Shown in pieces: positions 1 to 9,047 of a stretch of DNA of 60,176 nt. The notes below the pieces were generated by a model that saw only the letters and a list, made by a program, of their open reading frames with translations, did not search any database and had not been told where the DNA came from. The position numbers and the translations under genes were made by a program. This stretch comes from an uncultured Sulfurospirillum sp. Its GTDB lineage: Bacteria; Campylobacterota; Campylobacteria; Campylobacterales; QNZT01. The stretch covers positions 1 to 60,176 of the forward strand of contig CAZYZD010000002.1 of the NCBI GenBank assembly GCA_964651755.1, given 5' to 3'. Numbering within the stretch: the stretch's first letter is position 1; each line of letters opens with the position of its first letter.

Positions 1-150
1 ATGGGCTAAATCAAGTAATCTTCCAGGTGTTGCTACTAAAATATCAATACCTTCGATTAAACGCTGTATTTGTGGTTCGAGATCGACACCCCCATAAACA
101 GCCATAGAACTTAGGTTTAGGTGTTTACTATATTCAGTAATATTGAAGGG
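1..150 (-). pseudogene. DEAD-box RNA helicase fragment, 5'-truncated; 3' part runs off the left window edge
   Basis: Minus-strand frame reads PFNITEYSKHLNLSSMAVYGGVDLEPQIQRLIEGIDILVATPGRLLDLAH (TPGR motif region). In-frame TAA at 151-153. No Q-motif/Walker A coding seen in 154-236. Confidence 0.6.
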
Positions 151-236
151 TTAGGAAATGGGAGGATTACCGTTTCTTATGCCTATTTAATATATCATAT
201 GTTATTATTAAAAAATACCTTAAATTAGGAGGCTAG

Positions 237-482
237 ATGGACGTGAATATGACCATCGAAGGACTAAAATATATGGTCCTTGGGATGACAACTGTTTTCC
301 TTTTTCTGCTTTTGATGATTTATGTGCTTAAACTGCAAACAAAATTACTCAATAAATTTTTTCCACCAAAACCTGTTACTGTTGCACCTGTTAAATCTAC
401 CCATTCTGCTGCATCTTCGGCAGAAGAGGAAGAGACAATAGCGGCAATCACAGCGGCGATAACTGAGTACAAAAAAGGATAA
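237..482 (+). CDS. oadG: oxaloacetate decarboxylase gamma subunit (OadG family)
   Basis: 81 aa with a single N-terminal TM helix and an Ala/Glu-rich tail. AGGAGG RBS. Immediately precedes oadA/oadB. Confidence 0.8.
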   Translation: MDVNMTIEGLKYMVLGMTTVFLFLLLMIYVLKLQTKLLNKFFPPKPVTVAPVKSTHSAASSAEEEETIAAITAAITEYKKG

Positions 483-489
483 TTGACAT

Positions 490-2292
490 ATGGCTAAAAA
501 ATTAATAGATATCATGGATACGACCTTCAGAGACGGATTTCAGTCTGTTTTCGGCGGTCGTGTATTGATGGAAGATTTTCTTCCTGCGGTAGAAGCGGCG
601 AAAGAAGCTGGAATCAGCCACTTTGAATTTGGCGGCGGAGCAAGGTTTCAGAGTCTTTTCTTTTATCTGAACGAAAATGCTTTTGAAATGATGGACAAAT
701 TTCGTGAAATTGTCGGTCCTGAGGCAAATCTGCAAACACTTGCACGTGGTGTCAATACAGTAATGCTTGATACCGGTAGCAGCGAATTGATAGATCTTCA
801 TGCAAAACTTTTCAAAAAACACGGTACGACAACAATCCGTAACTTTGATGCGCTTAATGATGTGGAAAACTTGAAATACAGCGGTGAATGTATCAAAAAG
901 CATGGTCTTAATCATGAAGTAGTAGTAACGATTATGGATCTTCCTCCGGGATGTACTGGGGCTCATGATGTTGCATTCTATGAAAAAGTGCTGAGAGAGA
1001 TTCTGGATTCAGGTATTGAGTATGACAGTGTCTGTTTTAAAGATGCAAGTGGTACTTCAAGCCCTCACAAAGTGTATGAAACGATTAAAATGGCAAAACG
1101 TCTTTTGCCTGAAGATGTTCATGTAAGATTGCATACACATGAAACAGCAGGTGTCAGTGTTGCCTGTTATCTTGCTGCGCTTGATGCAGGTGTTGACGGT
1201 ATTGATCTTGCAGCAAGTCCTGTGAGCGGTGGTACATCACAGCCGGATATTTTGACACTCCTTCATGCTACCAAAGGCAGTAAATATGATCTTGGTGGTC
1301 TGGATATTGAAAAAATACTTACATATGAAGAGGTTCTTAAAGATCAGCTGAGTGATTATTTTATTCCGCCTGAAGCAACACAGGTTTCTCCTTTGATTCC
1401 ATTCTCGCCTATGCCTGGTGGTGCCTTGACTGCCAATACACAGATGATGCGTGATAATAACTCTCTGGATAAATTTCCGGAAGTGATTAAAGCGATGCGT
1501 GAAGTGGTTGAAAAAGGTGGTTATGGTACTTCTGTTACACCTGTTTCTCAGTTTTACTGGCAGCAGGCATATGCAAATGTAATGTTTGGTCCGTGGAAGC
1601 AGATTGCACCTGGATATGGTCGTATGGTACTTGGATACTTTGGAAAAACACCAGTTGCTCCGGATCCGGAAGTTGTAGAGCTTGCGAGTAAACAACTCAA
1701 ACTTGAGCCGACAACCAAAACTGCATTGGAACTTGCAGATGCAGATCCTGAAAAATCAATGAAACATTTTGAAGAGATTTTAAAAGAGAATAATATTGAA
1801 CTAACTGAAGAAAATCTATTTATCGCTGCATCATGCGGAGATAAAGGTATCACATTCCTCAAAGGGGAAGCAGAAGTAAATGTTAGAAAATTAAGCAATA
1901 TGAAAACTGAAAAAGGAAGTAAAGATATGGCAGGTCAATATACAGTAGTAGTCAATGGTAAAAAATACAATGTTGATGTAGTAGAAGGGCATGATGGTTC
2001 TGTTACCGTTACAAATGCAGCACCGGCTAGTACAGAGGCAGCAGCTCCGGCAGCACCGGCTGCTAGTGGTGGAAAAGGAAGTGTAGATGTACTTTCTCAA
2101 ACGCCTGGCAATGTCTGGAAAGTTGTAGCAAATATTGGAGATCAGCTTAAAGAGGGTGATACGATCATGATTCTTGAAGCGATGAAAATGGAAATCGAGA
2201 TTCCAGCTCCTCAGGACGGTGTGTTAAAGAGTATTGAAGTACAGCCCAATGATGCAGTAGTAGATGGTCAGCTTTTAGCGACAATGGAGTAA
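490..2292 (+). CDS. oadA: oxaloacetate decarboxylase alpha subunit / pyruvate carboxylase B-type carboxyltransferase with C-terminal biotinyl domain
   Basis: 600 aa. N-terminal DTTFRDGFQS carboxyltransferase motif and C-terminal biotin attachment motif EAMKMEIEI. Confidence 0.92.
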   Translation: MAKKLIDIMDTTFRDGFQSVFGGRVLMEDFLPAVEAAKEAGISHFEFGGGARFQSLFFYLNENAFEMMDKFREIVGPEANLQTLARGVNTVMLDTGSSELIDLHAKLFKKHGTTTIRNFDALNDVENLKYSGECIKKHGLNHEVVVTIMDLPPGCTGAHDVAFYEKVLREILDSGIEYDSVCFKDASGTSSPHKVYETIKMAKRLLPEDVHVRLHTHETAGVSVACYLAALDAGVDGIDLAASPVSGGTSQPDILTLLHATKGSKYDLGGLDIEKILTYEEVLKDQLSDYFIPPEATQVSPLIPFSPMPGGALTANTQMMRDNNSLDKFPEVIKAMREVVEKGGYGTSVTPVSQFYWQQAYANVMFGPWKQIAPGYGRMVLGYFGKTPVAPDPEVVELASKQLKLEPTTKTALELADADPEKSMKHFEEILKENNIELTEENLFIAASCGDKGITFLKGEAEVNVRKLSNMKTEKGSKDMAGQYTVVVNGKKYNVDVVEGHDGSVTVTNAAPASTEAAAPAAPAASGGKGSVDVLSQTPGNVWKVVANIGDQLKEGDTIMILEAMKMEIEIPAPQDGVLKSIEVQPNDAVVDGQLLATME

Positions 2293-2295
2293 TTT

Positions 2296-3627
2296 ATGAA
2301 AGTGAAAAATCTTTTTTTCTCTCTGCTGATTTCACTGACACTTTTCGTGCCTTCTTTTGTAAATGCCAGCGATGCGCATACGAAAACAGCGGAGAATCCG
2401 CAGGCACAGGAAGAAGTGTATCATCCCAAATCAGTAACAGAACTTTTTCAAAGTTTTTATAAAACAACAGGCTTATATGCCATTGTGAATCCCAAAGAGG
2501 GTGTAAAAGCAGCTGATGGAAAAGATATGACACTTTTTGCACAGAGTGCAGGACGTGTGATTATGTTTATAGTCTGTTTTTTACTGTTATATCTTGCAGT
2601 AGCGAAGGGCTTTGAACCGCTTTTGTTGATTCCTATCGGCTTTGGAGGTATTCTTGCAAATATTCCCGTTGCAAATCTTGCCGGTGAACATGGTATGCTT
2701 GGTATTATTTACAATATGGGTATTGCCAATGAATTTTTCCCATTGTTGATTTTTATGGGTGTCGGTGCCATGACAGACTTTGGACCGCTATTGGCAAATC
2801 CTAAAACAGCGCTTTTGGGTGGTGCGGCACAGTTTGGTATTTTTGGATCGCTTGTAGGTGCAGCGGCACTGGCACAGGCAGGTGTTTTTGATTTTACAAT
2901 GAAACAGGCATCGGCTATCAGTATTATTGGTGGTGCGGATGGTCCGACTTCCATTTTTATTGCGACAGAACTTGCTCCTGAACTATTGGGTGCGATTGCG
3001 GTTGCTGCATATTCTTATATGGCATTGGTACCAGTTATTCAGCCTCCTATCATGAAAGCATTAACAACAGATGAAGAGCGTAAAATAAAAATGGTGACAA
3101 CCAGACAAGTTTCCAAACTTGAAAAAATACTTTTCCCTCTCATCGTTCTTGTATTGACAATTTTGATTTTGCCTGATGCAACACCGTTGATTGGAGCGCT
3201 CTGTTTTGGTAACTTTGCAAAAGAGACAGGTGTTGTTGACAGACTCAGTGATACAATGCAGAACTCTTTGATCAATATTGTTACTATTTTCCTTGGTTTG
3301 GGTGTAGGTTCCAAGTTGGCTTCTGATAAGTTTTTGGTTCCTGAAACGCTTGGTATTATGGTGATTGGTCTTCTCGCATTTGCAGCTGGTACAGCAGCAG
3401 GTGTTTTGATGGCGAAAGTGATGAACAAGCTTTCCAAAGAACCTATCAATCCGCTTATCGGTGCGGCAGGTGTATCTGCAGTTCCAATGGCTGCCAGAGT
3501 TGTTAGTAAAGTAGGACAGGAATATAATAAATCAAATGTATTGCTGATGCATGCAATGGGACCAAATGTGGCTGGTGTTATCGGCTCTGCTGTTGCGGCA
3601 GGTGTATTGTTATCGATTTTTAAATAA
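2296..3627 (+). CDS. oadB: Na+-transporting oxaloacetate decarboxylase beta subunit
   Basis: 443 aa polytopic membrane protein with OadB-like Gly/Ala-rich helices. 3 nt after the oadA stop. Confidence 0.88.
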   Translation: MKVKNLFFSLLISLTLFVPSFVNASDAHTKTAENPQAQEEVYHPKSVTELFQSFYKTTGLYAIVNPKEGVKAADGKDMTLFAQSAGRVIMFIVCFLLLYLAVAKGFEPLLLIPIGFGGILANIPVANLAGEHGMLGIIYNMGIANEFFPLLIFMGVGAMTDFGPLLANPKTALLGGAAQFGIFGSLVGAAALAQAGVFDFTMKQASAISIIGGADGPTSIFIATELAPELLGAIAVAAYSYMALVPVIQPPIMKALTTDEERKIKMVTTRQVSKLEKILFPLIVLVLTILILPDATPLIGALCFGNFAKETGVVDRLSDTMQNSLINIVTIFLGLGVGSKLASDKFLVPETLGIMVIGLLAFAAGTAAGVLMAKVMNKLSKEPINPLIGAAGVSAVPMAARVVSKVGQEYNKSNVLLMHAMGPNVAGVIGSAVAAGVLLSIFK

Positions 3628-3691
3628 TTAAATATTAAGATATAAAAACCGATATTGAAGTAAATATGAATTTAGCATTAAGGGATATAAG

Positions 3692-5275
3692 ATGATCACA
3701 AAAGCGGATCTCGAGGCGTTGGGTATATCTGATGTAAAAAACATCTATTACAATTCAGATTATGATGAATTATACAGACATGAAGTTGAACAGGACAAAG
3801 AGCTGGTTTCAGCAAACGGTGCTGTGATGGTAGATACCGGTATTTTTACCGGTAGAAGCCCAAAAGACAAATATTTTGTCAATCAAGAGCCTTCAAACAA
3901 GTATATTTCATGGGGGGATATTAATCAGCCTATCTCTAAAGAAGTATTTGATGAGCTTTATGAAAAAGCCAAAAAAGAGTTTGCCGGAAAAGATATTTAT
4001 GTTCAGGATCTTTTTTGCGGTGCCAGTGAGAGTAGTAAAAAGAGTATTCGTGTTATTACCGAGATTGCATGGCAGGCACATTTTGTCAAAAATATGTTTA
4101 TCCGACCGACAGAAGAGGAATTAGAAAATTTCAAACCTGATTTTGTGTTGTATAATGCTTGTAAAGTAGTGGATGAGGATTGGCAGAAGCATGGTTTGAA
4201 TTCTGAAGTATTTGTGGTATTTAACATAGAAGAGAATGTTGCCATTATCGGTGGTACCTGGTATGGTGGGGAGATGAAAAAAGGTATCTTCTCCATGATG
4301 AACTACTGGTTGCCACTGGAAGGTAAACTGCCTATGCACTGTTCTGCAAATGTTGGAAAAGCGAATGATACAGCTCTTTTCTTCGGACTTTCGGGAACAG
4401 GCAAAACAACACTTTCCGCAGATCCCAAAAGAAGACTTATCGGTGATGATGAGCATGGCTGGGATGATGAAGGTATTTTCAACTTTGAGGGTGGTTGTTA
4501 TGCCAAATGTATCGGATTAAATGCAGAAAATGAGCCGGAAATTTACGGTGCCATCAAAAAAGATGCATTGTTGGAAAATGTAGTTGCAAATGAGGAAGGT
4601 ATCGTAGATTTTGATGACAGTACCAAAACAGAGAATACCAGAGTTTCCTATCCTATTTATCATATTGAAAATTATGAGGAATCTTTAAAAGGTGATCACC
4701 CTAAAAATATCATCTTTTTAAGTGCAGATGCTTTTGGTGTGTTGCCTCCTGTAAGTAAATTGACCAAAGAACAGGCAATGTACTATTTCCTTAGCGGTTA
4801 TACTGCAAAAGTAGCAGGAACGGAAAGAGGTATTACCGAGCCGGTTGCTACGTTCAGTGCGTGTTTTGGTGAAGCGTTTTTACCATTGCATCCGACAGTA
4901 TATGCAAAACTTTTGGGTGAAAAGATAGAAAAACATGATGTAAATGTATATCTTGTAAATACCGGATGGACTGGTGGTGCTTACGGTGTAGGAACAAGAA
5001 TGAGTCTGAAAGCGACAAGAGCTTGTATTGATGCGATTATGGACGGTTCTATTTTACAAAGCGAGTTTGATACAACAGATCTTTTTGGACTACATTTTCC
5101 TGTAGCATTGCCGGGTGTTGATTCAAAAGTACTTAACCCGAAAAATGCGTGGGAAGATAAAGAAGCATATTTACAGACACGTGAGAAACTTGCACGTATG
5201 TTTGTTGAAAACTTTAAAAAGTATTTAAAGGATGATGCAGATTTTGACTATTCTGTAGCGGGTCCTCAACTTTAG
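3692..5275 (+). CDS. pckA: phosphoenolpyruvate carboxykinase (ATP)
   Basis: 527 aa. Kinase-1a motif [11 protein letters not shown] and IGDDEHGW, typical of ATP-PEPCK. Confidence 0.95.
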   Translation: MITKADLEALGISDVKNIYYNSDYDELYRHEVEQDKELVSANGAVMVDTGIFTGRSPKDKYFVNQEPSNKYISWGDINQPISKEVFDELYEKAKKEFAGKDIYVQDLFCGASESSKKSIRVITEIAWQAHFVKNMFIRPTEEELENFKPDFVLYNACKVVDEDWQKHGLNSEVFVVFNIEENVAIIGGTWYGGEMKKGIFSMMNYWLPLEGKLPMHCSANVGKANDTALFFGLSGTGKTTLSADPKRRLIGDDEHGWDDEGIFNFEGGCYAKCIGLNAENEPEIYGAIKKDALLENVVANEEGIVDFDDSTKTENTRVSYPIYHIENYEESLKGDHPKNIIFLSADAFGVLPPVSKLTKEQAMYYFLSGYTAKVAGTERGITEPVATFSACFGEAFLPLHPTVYAKLLGEKIEKHDVNVYLVNTGWTGGAYGVGTRMSLKATRACIDAIMDGSILQSEFDTTDLFGLHFPVALPGVDSKVLNPKNAWEDKEAYLQTREKLARMFVENFKKYLKDDADFDYSVAGPQL

Positions 5276-5287
5276 TATTTTTATTTT

Positions 5288-5320
5288 GGGAAGAGTGAAT
5301 GCTCTTCCCCTCTCTTTTCA
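5288..5320 (+). terminator. rho-independent terminator after pckA
   Basis: GGGAAGAG-tgaatg-CTCTTCCC perfect 8-bp stem followed by a T-rich CTCTCTTTTC, about 13 nt after the pckA stop. Confidence 0.7.
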
Positions 5321-5427
5321 AAACTTCATTTACTTTTTTTTAAGAAAAATATCAAACTAAATCAACTATAATAAGATTTCGATTGTCTTATTTAAATCAT
5401 AAGTATATATTATATAGGGGATAAATA

Positions 5428-6612
5428 ATGAAAAAAGTTTTAATTTTGGGTGGTGGCTTTGCAGGTTTGGAGGCTGCTATATTTTTACGAAAATATGGTT
5501 TTGAAGTCACAATGATTTCTAACAGAGATTATCTTTATGTCTATCCAACTTCAATATGGGTACCGACAGGAGAAGCTTCTTTTGAAGATGTTTGTATTCC
5601 ATTGGAAAAATTGCAGAAAGTACATGGTTTTGAATTAATTATCGATGAAGTTGAGTCAATTAAAAGCAAAGAGAAAAAAGTTTATTGTAAAAATGCAGAG
5701 TACAGTTATGAATATTTGATCGTAGCAATGGGTAGCGGAAAGGTAAAACATAAAGGTATTGAAAATACGTTGACTATTTGTGGAGAACCGGAAGAATCTC
5801 TGAAGATCAAAGCAAGGATAGACGAACTCATCGAAAAAGGGAGTGGAAAAATTGCCATGGGATTTGGCGGTAACCCTAAAGATCCGAGCAATGTACGCGG
5901 TGGACCGGCTTTTGAAGTTCTTTTCAATGTGCATAATCAGCTTAAAAAACTTGGTATTCGTGACAAATATGAACTGACATTTTTTGCGCCTATGAAAGAG
6001 CCTGGGCAGAGAATGGGACCACAGGCTCTGAAAATGATGGATATGTTTTTCAACAAGCTCGATATTAAAAAACAGGTAGGTAAGAAAATTCTTGCTTTTA
6101 CAGAAAATGGTATCCAGTTTGAAGATGATATTTTTCTTGAGAGTGACTTGACAATGTTTATTGCTGCCGGTAATGGACATAAAGTTTTTGAAAATTCGGA
6201 TTTACCTCTTAACGAAGCAGGACTTATCAAAATAAATGACTATTGTGAAGTGATGCATGATTATGATGAAGTAGGGGAAGATTATAAGGTATTTGCTATT
6301 GGTGATTCTGCTGTACTTGACGGTCCGGACTGGAGAGCGAAACAGGGACATATTGCAGAAGTTATGGCGAGAAATACAGCTTTCAATATCAAGTCTATTG
6401 AAGAGGGCAAAGAGGAAAGAAAAGGTTATTTTGAACATTTGAATATTTTATGTGTCATGGATAGCGGTGATGGAGCTGCTTTTGTGTACAGAAGTGACAA
6501 ACGTGGTATGATGATTCCTATGCCGGTAGTCGGTCACTGGATGAAAAAAGGGTGGGGTTGGTACTATAAAAACTCAAAACTCAATAAAATCCCAAGACTT
6601 CCGGGATTATAA
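5428..6612 (+). CDS. FAD-dependent pyridine nucleotide-disulfide oxidoreductase, sulfide:quinone oxidoreductase (SQR)-like
   Basis: 394 aa. N-terminal Rossmann motif VLILGGGFAGLEAA, a second nucleotide motif FAIGDSA, and overall SQR/NDH-2-like layout. Confidence 0.7.
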   Translation: MKKVLILGGGFAGLEAAIFLRKYGFEVTMISNRDYLYVYPTSIWVPTGEASFEDVCIPLEKLQKVHGFELIIDEVESIKSKEKKVYCKNAEYSYEYLIVAMGSGKVKHKGIENTLTICGEPEESLKIKARIDELIEKGSGKIAMGFGGNPKDPSNVRGGPAFEVLFNVHNQLKKLGIRDKYELTFFAPMKEPGQRMGPQALKMMDMFFNKLDIKKQVGKKILAFTENGIQFEDDIFLESDLTMFIAAGNGHKVFENSDLPLNEAGLIKINDYCEVMHDYDEVGEDYKVFAIGDSAVLDGPDWRAKQGHIAEVMARNTAFNIKSIEEGKEERKGYFEHLNILCVMDSGDGAAFVYRSDKRGMMIPMPVVGHWMKKGWGWYYKNSKLNKIPRLPGL

Positions 6613-6661
6613 GCTCTCCTAAATTTATTTAGCTATAATTCTCTCAAAAAACGAGGGAATT

Positions 6662-8050
6662 ATGGCTAAACTTGCAAGCGGACGTGTTACTGAAAAAAGC
6701 TCAGAACTTCTGGATAAATTCAATGCTTCTTTGATGTTTGATAAAAAACTCTATGCTGAAGATATTGAAGGTTCTATGGCTCATGCTACAATGTTGGCAA
6801 AACAGGGAATTTTATCTGAGAAAGAGTTACTGCAAATTCTTGATGGTTTAAAACAGGTCAAAAGCGAAATTGAATCTGAAGATTTTCATTTTGATATAGC
6901 CGATGAAGATATTCATATGGCAATTGAAAAACGTCTGACAGAAATTATCGGAGACACCGGTAAAAAGCTCCATACAGCAAGAAGCAGAAATGACCAGGTT
7001 GCACTTGATTTTCGACTCTATGTTCAGAAAAATACATTAAAAATTGAAAAGCTACTATTTTCACTGGAAACAGTACTTCTAAAAATTGCCAAAGAACATA
7101 CAACTACTATGCTTCCGGGCATGACACATTTGCAACATGCGCAGCCCATTAACTTTGCATATCATATGCTTGCCTATATGAGTATGTTTAAACGTGATAT
7201 TGAAAGACTGCAAAGTGCTTACAAACGCAATAACTTTTCCCCTATTGGATGTGCGGCACTGGCTGGAACACCTTATAACATTGATCGGGAAAAGACTTCC
7301 CAGTCACTTGGGTTTGAAGCACCAACTGTAAATTGTCTCGATACTGTCAGTGACCGGGATTTTGCATTGGATATATTGTATAACATCTCTGTTATTTTGA
7401 CACACATCTCCAGACTCTCAGAGGAGTTGATTTTATGGTCGAGCAGTGAATTCAATTTTATATCGCTGAGTGACAGTTACTCTACCAGCAGTTCGATTAT
7501 GCCGCAGAAAAAAAATCCTGATGTACCTGAACTTTTACGTGGGAAAACCGGACGTGTTTATGGAAACTTGATTGCACTGTTGACTGTTTTAAAAGGTTTG
7601 CCTCTGGCATATAACAAAGATATGCAGGAAGATAAAGAGGGTGTATTTGACAGTGTTGAAACAGCACTTTTGTCTATTGAAATTCTTACAGCAGCACTTG
7701 ATACCATGACTGTAAATAAAGAAGCTATGGAAAAGGCATGCAGAGTAGGGCATCTTAGTGCGACTGATCTGGCGGATTATCTGGTTCAGAAATGTGGTAT
7801 GCCTTTTCGTGATGCCTATAAAATTACAGGTGCTATTGTTGTTGAAGCACAGAAAATAGATGTTGATCTCAGTGAAATGCCGTATGAAATTTTAAAAGCC
7901 CTGGCTCCTTGTATTGGTGAAGATGTAAAAGAGTTTTTGGATTTGAGACACTCCATGAATGCGAGAAAATCTCAGGGAGGAACAGCGACAGAAGCGACAG
8001 AGAAACAGATAGCGTATTTTGAAGAGTGGTTGCAAAAGAGTCCTGTTTAG
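6662..8050 (+). CDS. argH: argininosuccinate lyase
   Basis: 462 aa. Fumarate-lyase signature [17 protein letters not shown] at 6634-6639. Confidence 0.95.
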   Translation: MAKLASGRVTEKSSELLDKFNASLMFDKKLYAEDIEGSMAHATMLAKQGILSEKELLQILDGLKQVKSEIESEDFHFDIADEDIHMAIEKRLTEIIGDTGKKLHTARSRNDQVALDFRLYVQKNTLKIEKLLFSLETVLLKIAKEHTTTMLPGMTHLQHAQPINFAYHMLAYMSMFKRDIERLQSAYKRNNFSPIGCAALAGTPYNIDREKTSQSLGFEAPTVNCLDTVSDRDFALDILYNISVILTHISRLSEELILWSSSEFNFISLSDSYSTSSSIMPQKKNPDVPELLRGKTGRVYGNLIALLTVLKGLPLAYNKDMQEDKEGVFDSVETALLSIEILTAALDTMTVNKEAMEKACRVGHLSATDLADYLVQKCGMPFRDAYKITGAIVVEAQKIDVDLSEMPYEILKALAPCIGEDVKEFLDLRHSMNARKSQGGTATEATEKQIAYFEEWLQKSPV

Positions 8051-8057
8051 TGTGGTA

Positions 8058-8669
8058 TTATTCTATATGAAGATGTAAAGGATTTTGTTTAAAATGCGTT
8101 AAAAGCAGTTTATACATATCTGTATTTCTGTAGTTGTACCGAAACTCGCACTCTTTGAGGTGTATAAATGTATGTTTTGCAGATAATCCCCTGAATTTTG
8201 TCAATCTTGAATTGGTGTAGTTCCAGAAAGATTGGCATATTTTTTCATTCTGATTTAAAGAGTTGTGTTCACAGAAGTATTGATATTGTTTATATGTATA
8301 ATTAATAATCGCACAGTAATGTGTACTTAGCACTGTTTTTATATAAGTTGAATTCTTTTCTTCTACAGCTTTAAAAAGTTCTGGTGCAATATGTGCAGGT
8401 ATTGGATCGAGGGTAATGGTGTTGTTATGGTTGACTTGTATTACAAATAATTGAAGTGGTTGGGTTTGGATGGTATTGTATGTCGTATATTGGGTATAAC
8501 GACATACAATGGAAAAACGCATTGCCTTGAAATAGGCATTTATGCTGTTTCGGCTTAATCCAGTTAGTTGAGATATTTGATTCGCCTGAAGATCATGAAC
8601 AAAGTATTTAACAATTTCTCTAAACTTTTTCTCACTTATTCTAGCACGTCGGACATATATATTTTTCAT
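8058..8669 (-). CDS. IS1595-family (ISXO2-like) transposase-derived protein; catalytic DDE residues apparently lost
   Basis: 203 aa. The N-terminal HTH (QISQLTGLSRNSINAYF) and C-terminal FWNYTNSRLTKFRGLSAKHTFIHLKECEFRYNYR match the IS1595 family as I recall it. The middle lacks the E-x-D-E-x-x-F-G-G/KRGRG block. Confidence 0.6.
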   Translation of the reverse strand: MKNIYVRRARISEKKFREIVKYFVHDLQANQISQLTGLSRNSINAYFKAMRFSIVCRYTQYTTYNTIQTQPLQLFVIQVNHNNTITLDPIPAHIAPELFKAVEEKNSTYIKTVLSTHYCAIINYTYKQYQYFCEHNSLNQNEKICQSFWNYTNSRLTKFRGLSAKHTFIHLKECEFRYNYRNTDMYKLLLTHFKQNPLHLHIE

Positions 8670-8751
8670 TTTATAAACTTAACAAATTAAAACTTTTGTT
8701 TAAAGTTGCATATTATATATATTTTTTAAGATAAGATAGCTATATATCAAA

Positions 8752-8808
8752 ATATTTGATTTTTGAGGAATATTACTTTGTATATTTGATTTTTCATGAT
8801 ATTTGATT
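8752..8808. repeat. three direct copies of ATATTTGAT(TTTT) in an AT-rich spacer
   Basis: ATATTTGATTTT(T) at 8752-8764 and 8782-8794 (30-bp spacing). Shorter copy ATATTTGATT at 8799-8808. Confidence 0.6.
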
Positions 8809-8915
8809 ATGTAAGTAAAAAAAAACTACTTGTTACTTATTGTGACATAAATTGTAAATCATTTATGTTTTTGATAAAAAAATTAAAGAAATTCTATTTA
8901 TAGCCGACTAAGTGT

Positions 8916-8925
8916 CGATATTTGT
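8916..8925 (+). promoter_or_regulatory. sigma28 (FliA)-like -10 box CGATATTTGT upstream of the 9048 gene
   Basis: The same 10-mer occurs upstream of motA and the GGDEF gene, oriented toward the downstream gene each time. No convincing -35 TAAA. Confidence 0.35.
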
Positions 8926-9047
8926 TATAGAGATTTTTAAAAATTTAAAATATTTCATTTAATTTTATTTTAATTTAAATAAATATATTATGTGTCTTTT
9001 TATTTAAGAAAATTATATAGATTAACTATAAGTTGTGAGGTGCTTTT

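Noticed and set aside
3649-3657. CCGATAT upstream of pckA as another sigma28 box
   Set aside because: It matches only the 7-nt core (aaCCGATATtg) and lacks the TTTGT extension shared by the other sites. A flagellar sigma factor driving pckA is not plausible without data.
8051-8690. Terminal inverted repeats or target-site duplication around the IS1595-like gene
   Set aside because: Comparing the sequences flanking 8058 and 8669 by eye gave no complementary ends, so I did not annotate a mobile element.
8796-8906. 36-aa ORF (MIFDYVSKKKLL…) in the AT-rich spacer
   Set aside because: No RBS and a Lys/Phe-rich composition expected from AT-rich DNA. No supporting signal.
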